64,000 nucleotides of DNA, from the NCBI RefSeq assembly GCF_018350175.1, contig NC_058375.1, forward strand, positions 199,454,001-199,518,000, read 5' to 3'. A model generated the notes under the pieces. That model had not been told where the DNA came from, did not search any database, and was given only the letters and a program-made list of their open reading frames with translations. The translations under genes were made by a program, and so were the position numbers. Position 1 is the first letter of the stretch, and each line of letters opens with the position of its first letter. The stretch comes from Felis catus. Its lineage: Eukaryota. This document shows, in pieces, positions 61,101 to 64,000 of the stretch.

Positions 61101-62495
61101 AGGATCTGGGGGGTTTACCTGAATAGAATGGGGAGCCACTGGAAGGTGATGAGCAGAGGGGTGGCATAATGTCACTTAAGTTTTAAAATGATCACTCTGG
61201 CTGTTTAAGAATGATAGGGAAGGGTAGCATTGGGGAGGTTACAAGTGTGGAGGCAGGGAGTCCCAGTTAAGAGGCCAGCACAGAAGGGGTACCTGGGTGG
61301 CTCAGTTGTTTAAGCGTCCGACTTTGGTTCGGGTCATGATCTCATGGTTTGTGAGTTAAAGCCCCACATGGGTCTCTGTGCTGACAGCTCAGAGCCTAGA
61401 GCCTGCTTCAGATTCTGTGTCTCCCTCTCTGTCTCTGCCCCTCCCTTACTCACACACACATACTCTCTCTCTCTCTCTAAAATAAATAAACATTGAAAAA
61501 AAAAAAAAAAGAGGCCACCACAGAAAGATAGGTATGGAAAATGATAATCCAGAACAGGATTACTGATAACTAGTCCTAAAACATTTTCATCCCCTTTTCT
61601 ATAATGTCTCAACAACATATGTCACCCAAATTGCTTCTGGTTCTTCTTACTGTAAAGAGAAAAACACTTTTTGCAATGTTTTCAATAATATGTAAATATT
61701 TTTGATCTAGTATAGATGTGGGTGAACATAGATGTTTAATTTTCTTGTGTTTATATTTTTCTTTCAGTTTGGTGTTACATAAGCACTTATAAAGCATGCA
61801 CTTATTGTAAGATGAAGTCATTGCTGACTTTTCTAAGTTCTGATAATGATCCATTTATTTTATTCTACTGCCTGAGTAACAGTAGCCTCTTTCTAAATTG
61901 ATGGAAAAAACACATACAAATTTTTAACATCAAACAAATCTTCACTTTCTTAAAAAATTTGCTTTAATCTTTATTATTCTACCAAATTAATGCTTGTTCA
62001 CTGTAAAAAAATACACACACACACACACACACACACACATTTGTATCTCATACTTTAGTATAATATATATTAAATTTAATACCTGGTCTTGGATATACAA
62101 ACTGAGAGTTAATAAGGCAATAATATTAATTTCCCATTTATAAAATGTGCAAATATGCAGTATATGATCTCTAAGGTCCTATTTAGCTCTAAAATAAAGT
62201 TATAATTCCAAAAGCTGTATAAATGGATCTTATTCATTAGAGTATCAGAGAGCATACTCATGCAATCAAATATTTTTATTCTAAACTGTGAATATAAAAT
62301 ATTTCATCAACAGAAACTTGCCTTGTATGTGAAGTTGTAAATGTCCAAGTAGTGCAGAAGGGTGAGTCCAATGAGGTAAGACTGACGGGATCTTTCTGGA
62401 ACAGACAGGTTGCAGAACTCCTTCATCACATCCTCCATTTTGGAATAGGTCATATTAGCATCACAAGAATGCAACCAGAACACACGAGAAATAAT
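906..62495 (-). CDS. ABCA12: ABCA12 (ABC transporter subfamily A member 12), partial: 33 coding exons, 5322 nt joined; 5' and 3' ends outside window
   Basis: Exon translations match ABCA12 as I remember it: two Walker A motifs ([18 protein letters not shown]), signature LSGGMKRKL, Walker B VVILDE, H-loop STHHLDE and TM segments. Every boundary has AG plus GT (one GC), and phases are compatible throughout. Confidence 0.98.
1328..1437 (-). CDS. ABCA12: ABCA12 exon ~46 (110 nt, NBD2 Walker A)
   Basis: [36 protein letters not shown]; accag| and |gtatgg. Confidence 0.96.
1975..2218 (-). mobile_element. Can-SINE (older feline/carnivore type)
   Basis: tRNA-derived head, (CT)n, A-tail; decayed 15-bp TSD taggaccttgcttct / taggatctcgcttct. 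Confidence 0.9.
2313..2536 (-). mobile_element. Young feline Can-SINE (SINEC_Fc-like)
   Basis: CpG-rich, near consensus; exact 15-bp TSD ctgcacgggcttctt at 2298-2312 and 2537-2551. Confidence 0.95.
2812..3016 (-). CDS. ABCA12: ABCA12 exon ~45 (205 nt)
   Basis: LFFRKFSSS...ISIGIPAGE; T12-ag| and |gtgagg. Confidence 0.95.
3900..4405 (-). mobile_element. Ancient L1 (L1ME-like) fragment nested in L2 (L2 about 3380-3890 and 4410-4690)
   Basis: ggacatttaggctgttt...cctagaaatggaat motifs; L2 3' end motifs on the flanks. Confidence 0.55.
4829..5082 (-). CDS. ABCA12: ABCA12 exon ~44 (254 nt)
   Basis: [28 protein letters not shown]...LIKKL; tttcag| and |gtaaat. Confidence 0.95.
6217..6376 (-). CDS. 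ABCA12: ABCA12 exon ~43 (160 nt)
   Basis: [18 protein letters not shown]...KEKPNDP; tacag| and |gtaagg. Confidence 0.95.
6562..7293 (+). mobile_element. 5'-truncated carnivore L1 (ORF2 C-terminus plus 3' UTR)
   Basis: ORF 6582-6989 encodes the L1 ORF2 end ([13 protein letters not shown]...LPYDPAI...EIS); A-rich tail; 10-bp TSD aaaaagtgac at 6552-6561 and 7294-7303. Confidence 0.95.
8143..8258 (-). CDS. ABCA12: ABCA12 exon ~42 (116 nt)
   Basis: [39 protein letters not shown] (absent from ORF track); catag| and |gtaagc. Confidence 0.95.
8303..8530 (+). mobile_element. Can-SINE
   Basis: Head, (CT)n, AATAAA tail. Confidence 0.9.
9601..9775 (+). mobile_element. MER5A-like MITE
   Basis: tagtggctctcaaac...gtaggtctggaggggg...atctgcatttt motifs. 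Confidence 0.7.
9846..10044 (-). mobile_element. Can-SINE
   Basis: Exact TSD caaattatttttttctt at 9829-9845 and 10045-10061. Confidence 0.92.
10173..10350 (-). CDS. ABCA12: ABCA12 exon ~41 (178 nt)
   Basis: [21 protein letters not shown]...NFIYDM; ctacag| and |gtgagt. Confidence 0.95.
10939..10993 (-). CDS. ABCA12: ABCA12 exon ~40 (55 nt)
   Basis: [19 protein letters not shown]; ctttaag| and |gtaagt. Confidence 0.94.
13152..13297 (+). mobile_element. Can-SINE, internally deleted
   Basis: Head and (CT)n/A-tail present; B-box region shortened. Confidence 0.8.
13815..13950 (-). mobile_element. Carnivore L1 3' UTR fragment
   Basis: ggtttcaggagtagaattcagtgattc...gtgccctcctta motif. Confidence 0.7.
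14525..14680 (+). mobile_element. MIR
   Basis: cagacttgggttcaaattcc...gtaagtgctcaattaat. Confidence 0.6.
15068..15173 (-). CDS. ABCA12: ABCA12 exon ~39 (106 nt)
   Basis: [35 protein letters not shown]; aacag| and |gtaaag. Confidence 0.95.
16025..16159. other. N-run (135 nt)
   Basis: Unreadable bases in intron 38. Confidence 0.99.
16318..16353. repeat. (AAT)12 microsatellite
   Basis: Counted directly. Confidence 0.95.
16423..16625 (+). mobile_element. Can-SINE
   Basis: Exact 14-bp TSD aagaaacaaggata at 16409-16422 and 16626-16639. Confidence 0.92.
16757..16946 (+). mobile_element. Can-SINE with poly-C in place of (CT)n
   Basis: Head motif gtggctcagttggttaag; C-run near 16897-16911; A-rich tail. 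Confidence 0.85.
17046..17262 (-). mobile_element. Can-SINE
   Basis: Full body; decayed TSD gagtttgccttactct / gagttttgcctactct. Confidence 0.9.
17387..17600 (-). mobile_element. Can-SINE
   Basis: Full body; TSD-like ctgaaaattct / ctgaaagttct. Confidence 0.88.
17910..17997 (-). CDS. ABCA12: ABCA12 exon ~38 (88 nt)
   Basis: [29 protein letters not shown]; tatag| and |gtaaat. Confidence 0.94.
19030..19525 (-). mobile_element. Old L1 (L1MA-like) 3' end
   Basis: atccatcacctcacatagt-type and ttatttcacttagcata motifs. Confidence 0.75.
20017..20144 (-). CDS. ABCA12: ABCA12 exon ~37 (128 nt)
   Basis: [42 protein letters not shown]; tttcag| and |gtaaaa. Confidence 0.94.
21185..21700 (-). mobile_element. 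Ancient L1 (L1ME-like) fragment
   Basis: tactttatataagtggaat...gctatgaatattc...atggaattgctg motifs. Confidence 0.65.
21701..21790. repeat. (TA)n-rich compound microsatellite
   Basis: Long TA run followed by degenerate TA/CA. Confidence 0.9.
21805..22060 (-). mobile_element. Carnivore L1 3' UTR fragment
   Basis: tatagtgattc...gtgctcatcacaagtgcactcctta motif with T-rich tail. Confidence 0.75.
23029..23122 (-). CDS. ABCA12: ABCA12 exon ~36 (94 nt)
   Basis: [31 protein letters not shown]; ttgcag| and |gtaaga. Confidence 0.94.
23505..23650 (+). mobile_element. MIR
   Basis: Core ctcagtttcttcatcttaaaaatgg. Confidence 0.7.
23922..24008 (-). CDS. ABCA12: ABCA12 exon ~35 (87 nt)
   Basis: [28 protein letters not shown]; catag| and |gtaagt. 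Confidence 0.94.
24287..24350. repeat. Exact 32-bp tandem duplication
   Basis: ttactatccaatatttgtgaggctgaaaaaaa twice. Confidence 0.95.
24655..24907 (-). CDS. ABCA12: ABCA12 exon ~34 (253 nt, TM7)
   Basis: [18 protein letters not shown]...[12 protein letters not shown]...EQTAFY; (ct)n aatcag| and |gtaagt. Confidence 0.96.
25920..26051. other. N-run (132 nt)
   Basis: Unreadable bases in intron 33. Confidence 0.99.
26996..27212 (+). mobile_element. Can-SINE
   Basis: Diverged head, (CT)n, A-tail. Confidence 0.85.
27364..27589 (-). mobile_element. Can-SINE
   Basis: Full body; TSD-like tttattctgaattta / tttattatgaattta. Confidence 0.9.
27700..27850 (-). CDS. ABCA12: ABCA12 exon ~33 (151 nt)
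   Basis: [11 protein letters not shown]...SFTDRD; ttctag| and |gtataa. Confidence 0.94.
27990..28135 (-). mobile_element. Old L1 (L1MA-like) 3' UTR fragment
   Basis: cctatgctgtacttttcatctccctgacttatttattttata motif. Confidence 0.6.
28359..28595 (-). CDS. ABCA12: ABCA12 exon ~32 (237 nt)
   Basis: [15 protein letters not shown]...[12 protein letters not shown]; tctag| and |gtacat. Confidence 0.95.
28695..29270 (+). mobile_element. L2 3' fragment
   Basis: Pyrimidine-rich L2 body ending agaatataaactccacgagggtagag. Confidence 0.7.
29655..29840 (-). mobile_element. MER5A-like MITE
   Basis: cctagacctactgaatcagagactct motif, tttgagaa end. Confidence 0.7.
29887..30095 (+). mobile_element. Young feline Can-SINE (SINEC_Fc-like)
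   Basis: Near consensus, CpG-rich; TSD aaaattggaga at 29876-29886 and 30096-30106. Confidence 0.95.
30179..30339 (-). CDS. ABCA12: ABCA12 exon ~31 (161 nt, NBD1 H-loop)
   Basis: [22 protein letters not shown]...HLTLTKKK; ttcaag| and |gtttgt. Confidence 0.95.
31125..31321 (-). CDS. ABCA12: ABCA12 exon ~30 (197 nt, NBD1 signature and Walker B)
   Basis: [65 protein letters not shown] (absent from ORF track); ttgaag| and |gtatga. Confidence 0.96.
32137..32279. other. N-run (143 nt)
   Basis: Covers a SINE tail in intron 29. Confidence 0.99.
32280..32430 (-). mobile_element. Can-SINE (tail hidden in N-run), inserted in an L2
   Basis: Body and head visible to the right of the gap. Confidence 0.85.
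32779..32997 (-). CDS. ABCA12: ABCA12 exon ~29 (219 nt, NBD1 Q-loop)
   Basis: [12 protein letters not shown]...[10 protein letters not shown]...LHEEVK; ttcag| and |gtcagt. Confidence 0.96.
33270..33960 (+). mobile_element. L2 3' fragment
   Basis: ctcaaactcaacatg...tgtaagctccatgagg motifs. Confidence 0.7.
34620..34960 (+). mobile_element. hAT-Charlie MITE, MER102-like
   Basis: Diverged match to remembered consensus (taaactcaaa...gggccag...cccagtattgctag...gggacctctg). Confidence 0.5.
35102..35288 (-). CDS. ABCA12: ABCA12 exon ~28 (187 nt, NBD1 Walker A)
   Basis: [13 protein letters not shown]...[12 protein letters not shown]; ttcag| and |gtatgt. Confidence 0.96.
35953..36021 (-). pseudogene. 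Decayed tRNA-Ile(AAT)-like copy in intron 27
   Basis: Minus strand GGCTCATTAGCTCAGTTGGTTAGCATATGGCGCTAATTAGGCCAAGATTGTAGATCCCTTTGTGGTCCA aligns with vertebrate tRNA-Ile-AAT. A-box and CT-AAT loop are kept; about 5 nt of the T-loop/B-box are deleted and the acceptor stem is broken. Confidence 0.7.
36202..36348 (-). CDS. ABCA12: ABCA12 exon ~27 (147 nt; 156 nt if the second donor is used, end 36193)
   Basis: [17 protein letters not shown]...NTNPSA; cacag|; two donors, gtaaga and gtaggt, 9 nt apart. Confidence 0.9.
36540..36820 (-). mobile_element. Old L1 (L1MB/MC-like) 3' fragment
   Basis: ttcattgaggtataatt...tgtgcaaccatcaccac motif. Confidence 0.65.
37245..37379 (-). CDS. ABCA12: ABCA12 exon ~26 (135 nt)
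   Basis: [15 protein letters not shown]...AWYVRNVFP; ttttag| and |gtatga. Confidence 0.95.
37467..37536 (-). CDS. ABCA12: ABCA12 exon ~25 (70 nt)
   Basis: [23 protein letters not shown]; cacag| and |gtaggc. Confidence 0.95.
38657..38986 (-). CDS. ABCA12: ABCA12 exon ~24 (330 nt, 148 nt are N)
   Basis: [20 protein letters not shown]...[gap]...[10 protein letters not shown]...IVKVFM; frame preserved across the gap; cacag| and |gtgagt. Confidence 0.92.
38743..38890. other. N-run (148 nt) inside exon 24
   Basis: Unreadable coding bases. Confidence 0.99.
40166..40179. promoter_or_regulatory. RFX X-box-like motif in intron 23
   Basis: GTTGCCATGGAAAC, 13/14 match to the palindromic X-box GTTGCCATGGCAAC; motif only, no functional data. 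Confidence 0.4.
42301..42520 (-). mobile_element. Young feline Can-SINE (SINEC_Fc-like)
   Basis: Exact 15-bp TSD aaaaaagtatttttt at 42286-42300 and 42521-42535. Confidence 0.95.
42715..42870 (+). mobile_element. MIR
   Basis: acttgagttccagtctcag...caagtcacctccccctgggctcag. Confidence 0.55.
43695..44268 (+). mobile_element. 5'-truncated carnivore L1 3' end (older than the 6562 copy)
   Basis: ORF2-end and 3' UTR motifs (gagcccaaatg, atggatggaactggag) plus (GAAAAAA)n tail. Confidence 0.9.
45305..45491 (-). mobile_element. Can-SINE with small internal deletion
   Basis: Body recognisable; TSD-like aaatattttt. Confidence 0.85.
45619..45733 (-). CDS. ABCA12: ABCA12 exon ~23 (115 nt, TM2)
   Basis: [38 protein letters not shown]; ttgcag| and |gtatgt. 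Confidence 0.95.
46437..46619 (+). mobile_element. MER5A-like hAT-Charlie MITE, full length
   Basis: cagtgtttctcaaa...catcacaatcacctgaagggc...tttgagaatcatgg with terminal inverted repeats. Confidence 0.85.
47200..47390 (+). mobile_element. MIR
   Basis: ttagtttttcatcaggaaaat...atatgtgaaagcactttgta. Confidence 0.6.
48572..48887 (-). CDS. ABCA12: ABCA12 exon ~22 (316 nt)
   Basis: [11 protein letters not shown]...[13 protein letters not shown]...IPYPCYMKD; tttag| and |gtaagt. Confidence 0.95.
49151..49178. repeat. (CA)14 microsatellite
   Basis: Counted directly. Confidence 0.95.
49465..49644 (-). CDS. ABCA12: ABCA12 exon ~21 (180 nt)
   Basis: [11 protein letters not shown]...KSNELFG; tttttag| and |gtaagt. 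Confidence 0.95.
51788..51878 (-). CDS. ABCA12: ABCA12 exon ~20 (91 nt)
   Basis: [30 protein letters not shown]; ttag| and |gtaagt. Confidence 0.95.
52291..52490 (+). mobile_element. Can-SINE
   Basis: Head, (CT)n, tail; TSD-like aaaaattgtga. Confidence 0.88.
54270..54580 (-). mobile_element. Possible ancient Tigger/pogo transposase C-terminal remnant
   Basis: Minus-strand peptides [20 protein letters not shown] and [12 protein letters not shown] resemble the Tigger C-terminus as I remember it. Confidence 0.4.
55072..55191 (-). CDS. ABCA12: ABCA12 exon ~19 (120 nt)
   Basis: [11 protein letters not shown]...TIPMLQ; tttaag| and |gtagga. Confidence 0.95.
55545..55960 (+). mobile_element. Ancient L1 (L1ME-like) fragment
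   Basis: actctcatatactgctggtgga...ttggaaagcaat motif. Confidence 0.55.
56419..56643 (+). mobile_element. Young feline Can-SINE (SINEC_Fc-like)
   Basis: About 6 differences from the 29887 copy by eye; 17-bp TSD with 1 mismatch (taaaagtatcaaatgta / taaaagtatcaaattta). Confidence 0.95.
57227..57366 (-). CDS. ABCA12: ABCA12 exon ~18 (140 nt)
   Basis: [47 protein letters not shown] (absent from ORF track); ccag| and |gtttga. Confidence 0.95.
58000..58230 (+). mobile_element. MIR
   Basis: tgggcgaccttggccagttacttaagtctgtctgcacctc. Confidence 0.65.
58319..58529 (-). CDS. ABCA12: ABCA12 exon ~17 (211 nt)
   Basis: [13 protein letters not shown]...KYGIPTHT; cccag| and |gtaagt. Confidence 0.95.
58854..59018 (-). 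CDS. ABCA12: ABCA12 exon ~16 (165 nt)
   Basis: [10 protein letters not shown]...RSVPLTQ; ttag| and |gtagga. Confidence 0.95.
59120..59935 (+). mobile_element. Old L1 (L1MB-like) 3' end, split by SINE
   Basis: cacacaaagatttgtatg...ggtaatggttgcacaa...tacctcaataaag motifs. Confidence 0.75.
59605..59840 (+). mobile_element. Can-SINE inserted in an old L1
   Basis: L1 sequence resumes on the right; TSD-like aaaattat(tt)gtggta. Confidence 0.88.
60170..61270 (-). mobile_element. Two L2 fragments (about 60170-60540 and 60940-61270)
   Basis: ttgagtgtctgctatg and gagccactggaaggt...ttttaaaatgatcactctggctg motifs. Confidence 0.55.
61286..61508 (+). mobile_element. Can-SINE
   Basis: 17-bp TSD with 1 mismatch aagaggcca(g/c)cacagaa. 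Confidence 0.92.
62013..62038. repeat. (AC)13 microsatellite
   Basis: Counted directly. Confidence 0.95.
62322..62495 (-). CDS. ABCA12: ABCA12 exon ~15 (174 nt)
   Basis: [10 protein letters not shown]...IYNFTYK; acceptor ttgcag, donor AAG|gcaagt (GC donor). Confidence 0.93.
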
Positions 62496-63096
62496 CTGCA
62501 AGTTGGAGGAAGAAAAATATTTTAGCTGTGAATCCTTTGAGAGCTAGCTCTTAACATAAAGGTTTTTCTTTACTTCACTTAAAAATATGATAAATTGTCC
62601 TCCAAATAAAAAAATTTTTTTTTCCATTTAAACCACTAATCACCACCAATAAAACTATAGACAGCTCATTGTCCAGTGGAAAGCTTAAGAAACAAGATTG
62701 AGAAAAAGAGTCAAAGAAGTGTCTGTGATGATTCTGAGATTTCTCATTTGAACAACTGGTTGAATGATGGTACCAAGAATTGATCTGGAGTTAAGTTTGG
62801 GAAAAATATTAGCTTAAGACTCATTTTCCCTATAAAATGTACTTAGTTTATTCAAATTGAATTTCATTTTTAAAATTATTTGAAGTTATAATCTTATATA
62901 ATAATCTCAAGGTATCTCCATCAAGAGATAAAGGGCAAAGAAAAAAAACACCTAGAATTGGATAATAATATGAATCAACTGTCCTGGACAGTAATGGTGT
63001 GTGAAAAGTGAGGCATGAATATGAGAAGACAGAAGTCATCTCTATTGCCATTGAGTTGAAATCAAGAGAAAAGTTTACAAAATTTAAGATTGTTGA

Positions 63097-63262
63097 GGGG
63101 CACCTGGGTGGGTCAGTTAGTTAAGCATCCAACTCTTGATTTTAGCTCAGGTCATGATTTCACGGTTTGTGAGTTCGCATCCTGCATTGGACTCTGCTTG
63201 GGATTCTCGCTCCCTCTCTTTCTGTCCCTCTTCCCCCTCTCAAAATAAACATTAAAAAAAAA
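63097..63262 (+). mobile_element. Can-SINE (short variant)
   Basis: Head, (CT)n, A-tail; TSD-like attgttg. Confidence 0.85.
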
Positions 63263-64000
63263 TTGTTGGAACTTTTCTCTCTTTCCTATTGAAAGTAATA
63301 AGAATGTATACTCCCCATTTACATATTTTTGTTTACTAAAATGAACCTGCTCTTCAGAAGCCAAACACATTGATTGCTGAAATTAGATCTTAGGATAAAA
63401 TGAGCAAAAGGTGAGATCAAAGAGAAAAGGTCAATGAACTACTATTTGATAGAACAAGAGAAAAAAAGGGAAGGCAAAGCGGTTTTAATTTTTGTATGAG
63501 GGAACCAATGAACAGGACACAAGCAAACCTACATATTTCCCAAAAGCAGTCTTAAAGGCTTTCCACAAACTTTATCCAATATGGGAGAATAGCTGCACTG
63601 TGCTTAGAATGACACACCCTGTCACACGTAAGTTCTGAATGGATGTGGCCTTAAGCTCTGCAGTTCTTTCGGAAAATTTCTATGACATTTTCAGACAATG
63701 GACTTGGAAAAGGGATAAAAGAAAAGACAGTTCAAGTGGAAAACCCTATTATCAGCCTATGAGGAAATGACATTATTCATTTTCACACCAAAACATCTTT
63801 CCTATACCTACAAACTTGCCCAGAGTTCTCCGGATTCTATCTGTTTTACATACTATGCCTTGTCTTGCTTGCGACTCTTAAAAACCAAAGATGAGTATTC
63901 GTTTCAACAAACTGTAAATGGTCTGGTGGTTTTTTCTCCCAATTAGATTACTGAAATCTGACTTTGATGTCCTCATAATAGACTGTGCAAATTTATCTCA

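Noticed and set aside
906-62495. U12-type (minor) introns, or ABCA12 pseudogenisation
   Set aside because: No GTATCCTT or ATATCCTT donors; all visible exons are open and in phase.
62496-64000. Search for ABCA12 exon 14
   Set aside because: No matching peptide with splice sites was found; it probably lies beyond the window. Likewise no exon 48 was found in 1-905.
1-64000. CRISPR array, operon, prophage, rRNA, NUMT or intact snRNA/snoRNA
   Set aside because: No regularly spaced repeat-spacer units, no intronless gene clusters, and no sequence I recognise as mitochondrial or structural RNA. An Infernal/Rfam scan would be needed to exclude small RNAs formally.
1-64000. Orientation bias of SINEs relative to ABCA12
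   Set aside because: About 11 plus versus 10 minus copies, so no bias.

Overview
Mammalian genomic DNA from a cat-family animal (abundant feline Can-SINEs, carnivore L1). The window is the middle and 3' part of the ABCA12 gene (epidermal lipid transporter, ichthyosis gene) on the minus strand. I traced 33 consecutive coding exons by hand from 62495 down to 906. They correspond to exons 15-47 if numbered by analogy to my recollection of the 53-exon human model. All splice phases join into one 5322-nt (1774-codon) frame with no visible stop, except 148 unreadable bases in exon 24. The frame covers part of extracellular domain 1, TMD1, NBD1, ECD2, TMD2 and the first half of NBD2. The gene start and its last exons lie outside the window. 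Introns are AT-rich and hold about 21 Can-SINEs, L1/L2/MIR fragments, hAT MITEs, microsatellites and four N-runs. I found no evidence of a previously undescribed multi-gene system, CRISPR array or prokaryotic element. The most interesting items are splicing oddities (a GC-AG intron, a tandem in-frame donor, an 87-nt stop-free in-frame intron), a decayed tRNA-Ile copy, an unexplained GC-richer A-tailed segment in intron 22, an RFX X-box, and inverted SINE arrangements. Repeat family names and human comparisons come from memory and need Dfam/BLAST confirmation. Coordinates of old repeats are approximate.
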